A stretch of DNA of 64,000 nt from Camelus dromedarius (GCF_036321535.1 NC_087437.1:47742001-47806000); one strand, 5' to 3'; shown: positions 38,119 through 52,051, counted from the first letter of the stretch. Made by a program: numbers and translations. Notes: generated by a model from the letters alone, not told the origin.

Positions 38119-38318
38119 TGTCTGTGTATCTTCTTTGGTGAGGCATCTGTTAAGGACTTTAGCCCACTTTTAAATCAAGTTGTTTGTTTTTTTATTGTGG
38201 AATTGTAAAGGTTCTTTGCATATTTTGGATAACAGTCCTTTAGCAGATATATCTTTTGCAAACATTTTCTCCCAGTCTGGCTTGTCTTCTCATTCTCTTA
38301 ACAGTGTCTTTCACAGAG
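38119..38318 (-). mobile_element. Old L1 fragment abutting the RPL11 retrocopy 5' end
   Basis: ttctttgcatattttggataacagtcctttagcagatat...ttgcaaacattttctcccagtctg is antisense L1. Confidence 0.8.
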
Positions 38319-38944
38319 GTATTATTCATTTTTTCATTTAAGAAGATCCCTGCCTTCCTAAAGCCTACACTTTATAGACAGAGAAAATGACAAAAAAACA
38401 AGTAAATGAATAAACATATGACAGGCATTTAAGTGGAGATAGTTGCTGGGAAGACAATCTAAATAGGGAAGGGGGTTAGAGAGTAGCTGGAGGAAGGTCA
38501 CTCTGGCTGCCGTGTAGACCTAGTGCGGCCAGAAGTAGAATCAACCGTATGGGAGCAGGAGTGGGGGTGGGGGGAGGCAATTAGTCTATTGCAGCCATAC
38601 AAGCTAGAGACGATGTGGGGATGGACCAGGGTAGAAGCGGTGGAGGCGACGAGAAGTATCCAGATTCTAGACACTTGTTAAAAGTAGAGCTGATATAACT
38701 TGCTTGCAGATTGGGTGTAGAGGAAACCATTCAGGGATGAAGCTAGGTTTGGGCCTAAGCAACCGAGTGAATGGTGGTAAAACCGAGAGGGGACTGAGGA
38801 AGGAACAGGATAGGCAGGGACCCGGCCCGGGCAAGGGACAATCAAGTAGAAAATTCAGGCGGAGAGGTCCAAGCAGGCCATTGTGATTCAACCCGAAAGG
38901 TGAGGGCTAGAGCTGTAAAAATTTGAGACTCTTCAACATATGAT

Positions 38945-39370
38945 CACGTGCTGGATAGCTTTGTGGGCCTTCCAGATTCTCTCTCCAGGCCTCTCCACCC
39001 TGCTCCCTGCCTCCGTACAGGAGTCGTGGTTTCCGGTTTCCAGCTGGATTCAGCCAGCCTGGCAACAGATCAGAAGAGAAGAGAGCAAGGTGGTGTGATT
39101 TACTCCCCAGCTTCCCCTCTTGCAGTTCCCCTCAGTTGCCTGAGCCCCTCCATGAAAATGTACAAGCCTGCACATAGCTGCCCCTCCAGATGCAGTAACT
39201 GCTCCCTCCGGTCACCCCTTCCCGTCCTTGAGTGGAAATAGCTCCTCCCCTTACTAGCCTCAAAGTACTGCTGTCCTTACACCTTTACAAACAGTCCCTT
39301 TAGTGATCTCTGCTTGAATTCTCTTAATTCGAGTGTGCCGTCTGTTTCTTGTTGGGACCTTGATTGGATT
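38945..39370. mobile_element. ERVL LTR (LTR33/LTR41-like)
   Basis: Ends gagtgtgccgtctgtttcttgttgggaccttgattg; similar sequence at ~63640-64000. Confidence 0.5.
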
Positions 39371-40606
39371 TAAAAGCCTGAGGTTGGAGGAGATAGATCA
39401 CTTAGGGAGAAGAGGAAGAAAAGAAATTTGCATACTGACTCCTAGGACAGTCTTATTTAGAGGCTGGAAAGAGGAGGTGGGTTCCACAAAGGGGAGATCA
39501 GTGAGACAGAAAAAAATCAGGGACACGTGGTGTCCAGGCAGTGGCTCAGTGAAGACAGGTGCAAGAAAGAGCCCTCCTAAAGTGCCCCAAGTCACCCTTG
39601 GCCTGGGATTCCTGCCCTCTCTCCCATTTCTGACTCCTTCTTGCCTCAGGTGAATTCTCTCTCATGGGTTTTGAAATTGTTTTGTAATTTGGCTTCTGAC
39701 ATCCCCAGGTCAGCTGATTCATTCTATGTATCTCAGCCCTAAGGGAGATGGTTTGAGTTCTCCTTGGAGGCTCTCAGAAGTTGTGCAAATGTACAGATGC
39801 ATTAGGTATGGGAGGGAGGGAAAGGGAGCGGAATCGCCAAGGAACACACGCACACAGACACACACAATTATACCTGTCTCGGCCACAAACTGTGACTGTG
39901 GCCAAGGCAGGACCTGTTTCATATTCACCACTCACGCTGAGTACCTAACATAACGCCCAGTACACAGTAGGAGCTTAGCAGATTTTTTTTTGATGAACTA
40001 TTATTTTTTTTTTTTAATGGCTCATTGTGATGTAGTTATACCATGCTTTTGGTGCATGAAGGCCCTTTTTACAGACTTGAAAACTAACTCCTTGAATTGT
40101 CCTACTTTAATAGTTCCCTGACTATGCTTTTGTATACTATGTAATGCCTGAGCATGAATGTTTTTTTTTTTTTTTTTGACACAATTGTATTGAGAAGCTG
40201 GCAACATAGACTCTGCAGAAACAAAGGCTGTGGATTTTGGTCACTTGGGCTCTAGGGCCATCAGATAAATATATTAGTGCTGCACTTCTAAGAACAATCC
40301 TCTTTGTTTAAAGGGTAAAACTGCTATTCACTAATATCTTGGTGCCATTCCCAGAAAGCATGCTTTGTGTAATTGGCAAGTTTTTGCAAAGCTGTTCACT
40401 ATTTGCAGCCTCCGTGTTAGTGTGCTCAGCTGATTTCCTTAGCTCTCTTTTTCTTACCCTGACTTGGTACAGGTGAAAAAAATCTCCCTCTTCTGTAAAC
40501 TGGAGTTTGAATCCTGGCTGTGCCAACTTCACAAGCAGTAACCTTGTGAAAGACCTTAACTGCTTTGAGTCTTAGTTTTCTTATCTATAAAATGGGGTTA
40601 GTAGTA

Positions 40607-41230
40607 TAGTTGATTCTCAGTACTTACAGGTCCTTATTTGCGAATTCATCGATTTGCTAGACTTTATCTGTGACTCCAAAATCCACACTTGCAGCACTTC
40701 TGCTTCGTTCACAAACACCTGCAGCGCAACGAAAATTTGAGTTGCCCAACACACATGTTCCCAGCTGAGTTTAAGCAAGGTGATGCTATGCCTTCTTGTT
40801 TTAGTTCATACTGTAAACAAGTCACTTTTTTATGGTCTATTTAGTGCCACGTTTTTGCATTTTTGTGCTTTTTCTTGGTGGTTTTGCTATTTTAAATGAC
40901 CCCCCCCCCCCAAGCATAGTGCTGAAGTTCTGTCTAGTGTTCCTTAGCACGAGAAGGCTGTGATGTGCCTTACACAGAAAATACAAGTGTTAGATAAGCT
41001 TTGTTCAGATGAGAGTTATGGTGCTGTTGGCTGTTAGTTCAACATTAATCAATCAACAACATATATATTAAGTAAGATATATTTAAACAGAAACGCACAT
41101 AAAAGAAGGTTATGTATTGACTGGTTGATGAAAATGTTGTGATCAGGGGCTTGCAGGAACCTAACCCTGTATTTCCCTTAGGAGAAATGGTTTAGTTTAT
41201 TGGCTAAACCAGGGTTTGCAAAGACTTTAA
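40607..41230 (+). mobile_element. MER82-like Tigger DNA transposon
   Basis: Second copy of the element at 16747. Confidence 0.7.
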
Positions 41231-41789
41231 GCTGGGCCCTAAAGACTTCACTTTAACTTAATTACCTCTTTAAAGAACTTATCTGCAAATATAGTTATAT
41301 TCTGAGGTCCTGGGGCATTAGGACTTCAACATATAAATTTAAGGGGGATTCAATTCAGCCCATGACACCACCTATCCGTGTATTATTTCCCATGTCTGAT
41401 TCTCTTGCCAGCCAGACTGCCCATTCGTCATTCCCTGAGGTTTCCTTGCCAGGTTTCTGGGCTTTGTTTATAATACTGTGTCCTTACAGCATTCCCCCAT
41501 TTCTGCACATCTAAGTCAAATCTACTTTTCGAAAACCAGGATATTGGCAAGTGCTCATTAAAGAGGTAATTAAGTTAAAAAGAGGTCTTTCAGGTGGGTC
41601 CTAATCCAATATGATTGATGTTCTTATAAGAAGAGAAAATTTGGACACAAGCATGGATGCTCACAGAGGAAAGACCAAATGAGGACAGAGATAGAAAGTG
41701 GCCATCTACAAGCCAAGGAGAGAGGCCAACACCTTGATCTTGGACTTCTCTGCCCCTAGAACTATAAGAAACACATTTCTGTTTTTTCA

Positions 41790-42027
41790 CAGTTGACCCT
41801 TGAACAACATGGGTTTGAACTGTACAGGTCACTTATATGATTTTTTTTTCAATAGTAAATACTACAGTACTACACAACCCCCAGTCCCTGGTTGGTTGAA
41901 TCCCGGGTGTGGAACCACACGTATGGATGGGCCGTGTATAGGGAGGCCCAACTATAAACTACTTTAGGATTTTCAACTGCACAGACGGTGGGCGTTCCTC
42001 ATCCCTGCATTGTTCTAGGGTCAACTG
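41790..42027 (+). mobile_element. Tigger2-family MITE nested in an MLT1 LTR (~41555-42080)
   Basis: 18-bp terminal inverted repeats cagttgacccttgaacaa / ttgttctagggtcaactg (one mismatch). Confidence 0.85.
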
Positions 42028-44963
42028 TGTAGGCTACTTGGTTAATGGTATTTTGCACAGCAGCCCAAATGGACTAAGAAACAGACAAAGGAGTTTGGGT
42101 TGGATTCTGTAGTTAGTCTGAGCAACTGAATTTTTTAAAGAGTGATCCATGCTGTTTCAAGAAAGGAACTGGTACCACCTATATCTGAGGTTTTTTTTTA
42201 GTTATTAGACCCTGACACAAAAAACTGTTCAGGACTATAGTTAAACTAGAAGGTCAGAGCCTGGGACAAGGCTGGGCAAACACTCTAACCAAACAGTGAT
42301 ATTGCATGAGTTCTGAAAACCTTTTACAATAGCATGTTTAAAATTTTCAGTGGAGCCATAAGGACTACAAAAGAATTTTTCAGCAAAGGCCACTGAGCAT
42401 AAGATGTACTATTTCCAAGGATGCTGAGGATATGATTAGAGGTATGAAATCTTGAGACCCAGCTTGTGAATAACAGGTCTCTAACAGGCAGTCAACTGAG
42501 AGTCCTGAGCTGATGTATGTGCCTGGACCAGAGGTAGCAACTGAAACCTTACTTCAGTTTGTCTTTTCACTTCATTTGTTTTTGGCCTTCTGAAGTCTGA
42601 TCATCCTAGGGAAACTGAGGCAATGATTGCATGAATCTGCAAAGCAAGTAATAAAAGCCAGAACCAGCCGCTGTGTTTGTAGTGAGGAGGGTGTGGTTTG
42701 GGGAGGTATTGTAGGGTGATATTGACTGAACATAGTAACTAATTGGATCTGAGGGTACAGAGGAGAGAAACTGAGATTGCCCAGAATAACTAAGAGTTTG
42801 AATTATGAAAGAGCAGAATAATTTCACTTTGGGGCATATTGAGATTGAGGTACATTTCCAACTGGGGCATGTGAATGCAAAATTCTAGCAGGCCAAGGCT
42901 GGAATGTATTGATTGGAGAGGTATTTCCCTGTGGGTGACAGATAAAGCCGAAGGAATGAACGAGATATCAGGGATCCACACTGGAAGAAAAGACAGGTCG
43001 AGGCTGTGAAGAGCTGTTCCCAGGCTGCAGTGGAAAGAAGTGGAGACTCAGGAGTGGTCAGAGATATAAGAGGAAAACCAGGACACAAAGCCACCTGCAG
43101 AGGAACAAGTAATGTGGTTAAGTTTGGAAACATGGATAGAGGCAAATACAGAAGAATGGGGTTAAAGTGGAGGAAGCTCAAGACAGATGAATTTGATTTC
43201 AGAGAAGTGAAAGGCTAGCTTATCTTAGGGAGCGGGAAAAGGGAGCGGGAAAGGAATTCAGAAGAAGAGAAACTGTGGAATAGGCACCATATGGAATAAA
43301 ACAGGAAGTAAATAAAGCTGAACCAAAGGACTGCTGATCCAAGTGTGACTTCAGTCGATATTCTGTAGGGTAAAAGTATGAGGAAAAATTATAGTTTCCC
43401 GATGTTGCCATTAATGCTTCACAGCTGTTTTAATCAGCACTTTTTCAGTTGCAAGTGACAGGAATCTCAATGCAGAATAGATGATAGGAAAAAGGAAATT
43501 TATTGGCTTACATAACAGGAAAGTCTAAAGGGTATAATGATTTAAGGCATGGCTAAATCCAGGGCCTCAAACAATGTCGTCAGAACTGTGTTTTTCTCGA
43601 TTGTTTGGCTCCACTTTCCTAGGTAGCCACTGGCAGCCCTGAGAATACAGTTGACCTGCTTTAGCAAGCCCACACAAAAAGAGCATTTCTCTCTCAATTT
43701 TCCAGTCAAACCCTAATATAGACTCCAGTTGGCCCCACTTGGGTACTGTGACCACCGCTGGACTAGCCCCTGGGGCCAGGAGATGAGACAGTTTGACTGA
43801 CTGGGTCTGAGTCACACTCACCCCTGAAGCCATGAATTACACAAACTCGAAGTGGGGAAGGAGTGGTTTTCAGAGGAACATTGACCAAGCAAAACAACTG
43901 GGTTCGCTACAGGCTGAAAATGTGAGCAGAGGAAATAGACGGTAGGATCAGTATGTGTCAGGATAGGCTGGGTTATGTACGATTACAACCCCCTAAACAC
44001 AAATGCTGAAAACAACAAAGATTTATTTCCTCTATCGCTACATGTCCATTGCAGGTTGGTTGGCCACTTTTTTCCTTGGAGTATATTGTTGGTCATGGAG
44101 GCAAAAGGAAAGAGAATGTGGCAAAGGAAGCATTATCTCTTAAAGTTTCTGCCTGGAAATGAGGTTTCATAATTACTCACATTTTGTTGGCCAGAGCAGA
44201 GGAGGTGGAGAAGTAAGACTGAACCAGTTACCTAAAGAGAAGAGACCTGGAAATTTTGTAGATGATCCTAACGATGACCCTAGGCACTAACCAAGTTTGG
44301 ATTATTGGCAGAGAGAAGGTGGCAGAGAAATCAAGACATGAGAGGATCTAAAAAGTTTGGAATGTCCCAGAACAGTCAGGGAAGCAAGTGATGCAAGAGA
44401 AAAAGCAAGGAGCCCATGGGGCAAGGGAGATATTAAGCAACTGGAGAACAAAGGGAGAAGGCAAATCCAGCCTGACAGCTGTGAGAGAATGCTAGGAAGT
44501 TCAGGGACTATTATCACGTCTCATTTCAAAGCTGGTCACAGAAAAGTTCATTGCAGCTTCGTGGGACAGACTGAATTGAAGCTGGACCAGTCTACTCGAG
44601 TGAGCAGGTGCCAAGGATAAAGACCCAGTTGTTGATACTTGGAAAATGTCCAGTCAAGGAGGCAGAACATAGTAGTCAGGAAATTTATAAACCTATAAAA
44701 TTCAGGGTTCAAGTGAACAGTCGGCTTTAGGGTGAATGTGGCTACTGGAATCTAGACACAGGCAATATTCAGAGAGTTGAGGTGATGCAGAGGCAGGCTT
44801 TAGGAGCCAGGAACGCTTGCCACAGATGAAGCCCCGGCCTTGGAGTGAAGTTTTGGAGGAGACAGTTCAGGACCCATGGAGACCTATGGGGAAAGGACAC
44901 TTTTATAGAACTTTAACTCAGGGGAGCTAGATGAAAACCATTTTTATTATTTGGTAAATTCTT

Positions 44964-45072
44964 TTTTTTTTAATCTGTTTTTTTAAAATTTATTTTATTG
45001 TTACTTTTTTTTAATGGAGGCACTGGAGATTGAACCCAGGACCTTATGCATGCTAAGCATGCGCTCTACCAC
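44964..45072 (-). mobile_element. 5'-truncated SINE (Vic-1-like)
   Basis: Truncated within the A box; TSD tggtaaattctt at 44952-44963 and 45073-45084. Confidence 0.88.
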
Positions 45073-46486
45073 TGGTAAATTCTTAATATCAAGTTGAAGC
45101 CTAATTTCTAGAACTGCAAAAAGAATTCAACTGCAGGAAGTTCTATTTGCTTTTGAGCTTTCCAAATGGTGATGCAGAGCTTCACAGAGCCTTTTGACCA
45201 TGGAAGGTTGGGGCAGAATTAATGAGTGAGTGTTGCTGGACCCAGCTGGCAAGGAGAGGAGGCATGGGAAGGGTAAGGAATTATGTTGGTCCCAGAAGAA
45301 TTGTAAGATCAGAATGTTGGGAAGTTCACATGTGGCTGTTGAGGTTGATGGCAGTGGATAGGGCAGAGAGAAGGACTGAAATCCTGCAATGATCAAGGAA
45401 AGGGGAGAGGTCCTGAATTTCCATAGATAATAATAGGGAAGGTGGGGGAAGGGATGTATAAGTGAATGGGTTGGGCTTCTTTCCAAAACACATATCGTGT
45501 TGAGAGGAGTGGTAGAGAAAAAGTAGGGAAGTAGCAACGAAATAAAATATAGCAATGCCTCCTTGCCCTGTGAGTAATGGGGAAACATGACAGGTCTCCT
45601 TTGGAGATGACACTGGTATTGGTGGAAAACCAAATTTTAATTGCAGCGGGGCACGAACTGTATTTAAGACAAACTGTGTTCAAGAATGTAGGGGAACTTG
45701 TTGACCCTAGAATGGGGGGTTCCCAATGCCCAAAAGGAGATCCTAGTTAAAGACCAGACATGGCAGATATGAGAATGGATGGAACCAAGGTATGAAAGGA
45801 GGGAAGTGAGAGTTGAGTTCTGCCTGGATGGCCCAGGGCACAGGCAGAGTCATGGGAAGGCAGAGTGGGGAGAGCCAGGCCAGGCAGGACCCCAGGCAGC
45901 CTGCTTCAGTGTGCCAGTCAGGATCTGGAGTTACCAAGCAGGGAGGTAAAGGAGCTCAACCAGAGCCTGGGAAGATCAATTCAGTTGCCAGCAGTGGGAG
46001 CACAGGGAGGGCAGGGTGGCTGGGTTCTGGGCAGCAGCTAGCCCCTTCCTGCTTTGGCTTTGAGCGGTTTTCCTGATATAAATGGAATAAGGAGGAGCAG
46101 GGACTTCCAAGTACATATTGGAGAATTCAGCAGAGAGCTAGCTTTTTTGAAAAAACAAACAAACAACAACAAAAAGCCCAATTTCTGGTAGCTATCCATC
46201 TTTCTATGCATGATACTAAAGATAAAAATTATAAAGGAAATAATTGTTGTATTAATATCAATGTCAATGGAAAAAATTCTGAACTTCTAGATAACAATCA
46301 ATATTCACAAATATGCCAAGACATAGACATCTAACATACCTAAAATACAGATAAAACTATCATTTAATCTATATGAATATTTATAACAGCAGAACATTAG
46401 AAATGATTGAAATGTCAATCAATAGATAGTTGCTTAAATAAATTATGAAATATCTACAGTGAAATTTGAAGGCTTTCTTTTTTGTA

Positions 46487-46672
46487 AAATGCCAGGTAAT
46501 AAATATTTTAGAGTTACGGGCCATAAAGTCTCTTTTACAACTACTTAATTTGTAGTTGTTGCACAAAAACATTCATAGACAACGTGGAAGCAAAAAAAGC
46601 ATGGAGCATTCCATTATAACTTTATTTACAAGAATGGGTGAGTGGCCCACAGGTCATAGTTTGCTGACCCCT
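46487..46672. mobile_element. MER58A-like hAT-Charlie element
   Basis: gtaataaatattttagagttacgggcc...catagtttgctgacccctg. Confidence 0.7.
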
Positions 46673-48664
46673 GTTTTTAAAAATTATGTGAATCTATATA
46701 TAATACTGTGGAAACCTGTCCAAATATATTAAGTGAAAAATGCATGTTTCAGAACAGAATTTGTACTTACATAGTATATTCTTATTTTATTAAATATTAT
46801 TTATGTCAAATTATATAAGTAAAGTTATGTATAACTATATATAATGATATATTAAAATACTGTAATTATATGTAAATTATATCTATATCTTTTACAGATA
46901 AAGAGATAGTATAAGCAAAGGAAAAAAGACTGAAATAATACATACCAAAATGCTAACCTGGAGATTAAAACCCCAATTTAGAATTGTAAAATTATTTTCC
47001 TAGTATAATATTTTAAGTGTGTTTTTGAAAGCAATAATGTTTAAAACAAATTTGTGACACAAAACAAAACATTTGTAAACATACACATAACTCTGCTAGT
47101 CATGTACAACCATTTTCATTTTTCTGTGTTCCCTTTCAGTCCTTATCTGCACTATATGTTTGTCCAAGTATGTATATTTTCCTGGTTTTATATGCCTTAT
47201 TGCTATTGTACCCTCAGGGTCAGCATTTTATAAAAAACACAGCTCAGTAAATATTAGTTAACAGTTGTGATTATGATCATAGTGATAATGATGTGAAGTA
47301 GAGCAATTTTAGGAAAAGTTTTTACAGTAAGGCTTCAAACTAGCAACTGCAGTCAAAACTTACTGTTGAGTGTTAGTCAAGAACCTTTCAGAAGGGATAT
47401 CTTGCTGAATCCTTCAGAATCTTTTTGTTCGCATGTCCCAGGGGGTAGATACCAAAAAGGTTCTGGGCACATTGCTGTCTGTTTCTTTCTCTAGCCCAGC
47501 TGGCACAGTGGGAATGACTTTGATGCTTCTAACAGCTGACAGAACAATATGAAATGATCAAAGGTTCAGCTTGTAAATTACTCTGCTTGCTTTTGTCACC
47601 CAGAGTCTGAGTTCCCCCAAAACATACTCCTAGATTTAGTGCAGCGCTGATGGTACAAGCAATAAAATCAGAGGCTTTTTAATCCCTGTGTTAGTTTATC
47701 AAAGTATGACAGTTGATAAAGAGGGTGAGTAATCTTAAGAGTAGCATAATGAGATTCTATATAAGCTACCAGAGGTAATGGGAGGGGTGGACAGAGAGGC
47801 TGGACTCAAAAATCACACCTCATGGTATTATGTATAATAGGCTAATTATGACCTAACTTAATGTTCAAATTCTTCAATGATTGTTTCCATCTGGATTATG
47901 GACACCTTTTGATGTCTTTATCAGAAATCAACAAACATAGTGGTAGGTTTAAATCTAGGCTTTCTTGCAGTTTAAGTAGGGCTGGAAGATGGCAGTTATT
48001 TGAATCATCTGCAAAAACTGATGGTTTTATAGTTAATAATTCCTCTATTTCTCATATATATATATATAAACCTTTGATATCTTCCCCCTCCCCCCTAAAA
48101 AAGAACAAAGAAACACCTTCTCCCCACCTACCAACAAAATAAAACAATTGCTATAGCCTGTTCCCTGGTTAGAGATACAGAGCACGCTACAATTAAAAAG
48201 GGAGTACCACCTATTAGGTGTGCTGAGTGCCTCCTCTTTTGTTTGCAGCTGTCTTATTCAGATGCCAGAGTGAAGATAAAAGATTTCAAATAGAAGGATT
48301 GCACAACCACCACCCACATCTTCTCAAGCTTTGGTGGAAGTCTAAGCCCAAGTGAACATTTGGGATCCATTCTCTAAGTAGCAACTGGGAAGTGTTAGCA
48401 GCCATTTCCACCCAATGTGGGAACAGTTACAGTCCCTGAGTGGAACCAGGGCTCATTTCTCCCAGTATTCCCAGTGCCTGGCCCAGAGTGGGTATTCCAT
48501 AAATTAGCTGACCAAAGGTTCACCTTGATTTTGTCATCCACAGTCTAGAGCCCCAAGAATGTACTCCTAGATATGGTACACCATTAATGGTACAGTCAAT
48601 ACAATCAGGGCTCTGCCTAAATAGCTGATGAATAAATGGAACATCTTTTCTAAAAACCCATCTT

Positions 48665-48766
48665 TTTTGTCTTTTTTTTTTTTAAAATAGAGGTACTAGA
48701 GATTGAACCCAAGACCTCATGCGTGCTAAGTACACACTCTACCACTGAGCTATACCCCGCCCCCCA
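48665..48766 (-). mobile_element. tRNA-derived SINE (Vic-1-like)
   Basis: Same core; degenerate 14-bp TSD at 48651-48664 and 48767-48780. Confidence 0.88.
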
Positions 48767-49508
48767 TAAAATACCATCTTGACAGAAGTTTGATAAAGTT
48801 CTGTGCTGGTGAGGTTTGGACGACAAAGTGTAATTCCAGACACGTTAGTGGGGGAATGTAAATTGTACAACCTGTGTGTGATTTGGCAACGACCATTAAA
48901 ATAAATGCGTATACCCTGTGACTCAGCAATTCCACTTCTGAGAATCCATCCTGCATTAAAAAGAACTCTCTCACACATGCACACAGAAAAGGACAGTCAC
49001 TGCGAGATTCTTTATACTAGCAAAAGACTAGAAATAACATAAATGTCCATGTATAGAGAATTGGTGAAATAAATTATGGTGTAAACATATAATGGAATTC
49101 TGTCTGACATTGAAAATGAATAAGATGGAATTATAAATATGGACATGGAATGATCTTCAAGATACTAGGGTTTAGTGGAAGAAGTCAGGTACAAAACAAT
49201 GTGTTCAGTATGCTATGCTTATGTAAATAAAATATAGTGGGAGGAAAGAATACAAATATATGCTTTTATTTGCAAAGAAGAGCTCTGGAAAGTTATAAAA
49301 GAAACTGGTTAACAGTGGTTCAGTCTGAGGGGAGGTACTGAAGAATTTCGAGGACAAGAGGCAGAGAGGCTTTTCAATCTTTTGTATTGTTTTAGTTTCT
49401 AGCCATGTGTATAGACCATTCACTAAAATTTTTAAAATAAAAATGTTCAAAAGTAAATATCTTAAAATTAGTTTCCAAGGAGAATGCTTTTTAAAACTCA
49501 CTAGCATA

Positions 49509-49612
49509 GGGGGCAGGGTATAGCTCAGTGGTAGAGTGCAGTGCTTAGCATGCACGAAGTCCTGGGTTCAATCCCTGGTACTGCCATTAAAAAAACACAC
49601 ACAAGAATAAAT
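49509..49612 (+). mobile_element. tRNA-derived SINE (Vic-1-like)
   Basis: gggtatagctcagtggtagag...gggttcaatccc; TSD core tcactagcata at 49498-49508 and 49618-49628. Confidence 0.9.
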
Positions 49613-51917
49613 AGAAATCACTAGCATAATGTAAGTTACCATTTATATAAGAAAAATTGTGGGGGGATATATCTACATAATTACTTATAGAAGCTTATAA
49701 CACCTCTGAAGAGGAGGACTGGCAGCTGGGGACACAGGTAGGAGGGAGACACTTCTTTTTGTACTTTTTGATCAAGAGATATATATGTATATACTTAATA
49801 AAATAAAATATATACTTAATAAAAACTTCTAAAGTTTACTGAAAGTGTAGCGGAAGAAAGATATATCTTAAGAAAAAGGAACAGCATGCTTGGTAGTTTC
49901 AAATCCTGACTCTTTCAATAGCTGGGTGACGTTGGGCAACCTGCTGAATTTCTGGGCCTCTTATGTAAAACCCTCATGGGGATGTTGTGTGGATTACATG
50001 GAAAATAGTATATAAAAGCACATTTCCTATGATAGCACATATTAGGAGGTCAGTCATTGGTAGTCATTATTATTGTATGGCAGATGAAATTCTTCCTACT
50101 GTAAAACGGTTTCAGTCGTCCTGAAGAAGGAATACAAGAGCAAGGACCTTGGACTCGGTTCAGTTACTCCTTGGGCTTGTAGAAATCCCATAACGTGGCA
50201 TTGGCACCGACCTAGATCAGTGGGAAGCACATAACTTCAAAGCGACCCGTGGCAATGCGGAAGCCCTTTATGGCACCGATTAAATGTTTACTCGTGTTGT
50301 GATTTCTCACAAGACCTATATCAAATGAACAAAGAAATTTTTTAAGTGATAATGAGTAACAGTAAAGACTTGTAAAATCCACAGAGTATCTAGCACTTCA
50401 TCTTTTTTCTTTTTTGTCTTTTCAGGATCACACTGTTAATACTACAACAAACCTATTTGTGTGTTATAAAGTTACCTGCCATGACCAAATATAATTTCAC
50501 TTTCTTCTTTGTGTATCTAGGTCATATTATTTGAAATGGTTAGCGGATCTCTTACTATTCTAATGGCAAATAGATGAATGAATCTTACTGATCATATGTC
50601 TATTGGTAAAAAAAATTCCAGACTCCAGGTATTTATCCTTTATCTCAGTAGTGTTTGCATGAGTGTTTTATTTTTGGAATTTCCATAAAGAGAGGATGGT
50701 ACTTGCAATGACTATACATACACATATCCACACAAAAATGTTTATGTTGACATTTGTTTTTCATAATTGCCAATGTCATATATTTTGCAGCATGAAAAAA
50801 TTCCTAATGTACTTAAATGTTTGTGTTATTCTTAATTGATGATAATCCCCTGAATGTTTTTCCTAGCTTGCATTAATAAGTATTGCAGTTCTTTTTTTTT
50901 AACTCCAAACTTGATAAAGGCTGAGACAGAGGACACGATCAGTAACATTTTGTGATGACTGCTGTGATTCCATCATCTGAATTCTAACAGAGCTAGTGCA
51001 AGAGGAGCGAGGATGCAGCATCAAACGCGTTCTGGTGCAGCTTTACAAGAATGGAAGACCAGCGACCCAGCGAGGCAAAACCAAGTGTTGCACCGGGTAC
51101 ACAGAGGAAATTCTTGATGCTTAGAGATCACAAAGGATTTCTGAAAAGGCACTCATTTTTATAGATCTGGATTCAGAGCCAACCACTGAGCACCTCCTGT
51201 GGGCTACATAAGTTTATATACGTGTTACTTCAACGTATTTTATTTTTAGGTTGACATACAGAATATGCTAGCTCAGGCAGGAAAACTGCAAGTATTGATT
51301 GTCTTGGCATGTTATGCCCTTGAGGACTGACATACAGACAATAAGCCTTGAGTTGTTGTTGTTTGATCAGACTAGCTATCAGTAACAATAATGAAGGCTG
51401 TGCCAAGACTTTAGAGAAAATATGTTAGGCTACAAAGGAGAAATATTAATGCAAAAAAAAAAACCCTCAGATATTTTATGTTTCATAAAGTAGATTCTGC
51501 AGTGTCAGTATTTTTCTTTTAATGTATTTTCTACCAGTTTTCCTAATTATGAAGAATGGAAGAAAACACGCTGCCACAGTGTAATTCTTGCCTCAAAGGA
51601 AACAACGTCATTATTACTGAGGATGCGCAGTCCCCTGACAGTGTTCTCTTAGGATGCTGAATCAGTTTCCTTTCTCAACAGTCCTTTCTTTCAGCAATTT
51701 AATACGTTAAGGCCAATAATTTTATTGCCCTATTACGTCTTTTGCTGATTAAAATTTGTGAAAAGCTTCAGTGTGCAATTTTATCTGCATTAACATCAGA
51801 TCAGTCCTGACATATCAGATGGACTCTGAAGTGTATTTCAAATGGTTTATAAAGCAATGTGTCCAATGATACATCAAGAGAACAAGCTGACCTGAAATTA
51901 TGAATGATCTGTTTTCT

Positions 51918-52051
51918 TTTCTTTTTTAATTGAGGTATAGTTGATTTACAGCATTATATTAGTTTCAGGTGTATAACACAGTGATTCAAAATTTTAATAG
52001 ATTACAGTCCCTTTTTAAATTATTATAAAATGTTGGCTATATTACCTGTAC
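51918..52051 (-). mobile_element. L1 3' terminal fragment
   Basis: T tail plus aattgaggtatagttgatttaca; TSD tgatct(g/a)ttttct at 51905-51917 and 52052-52064. Confidence 0.8.

Noticed and set aside
45127..45683. 168-aa and overlapping minus-strand ORFs
   Set aside because: Pyrimidine-biased, repeat-like sequence with no recognisable domain or splice support.
49509..49580. tRNA-like sequence with A and B boxes
   Set aside because: SINE head with A-rich tail and TSD, repeated seven times; not a tRNA gene.
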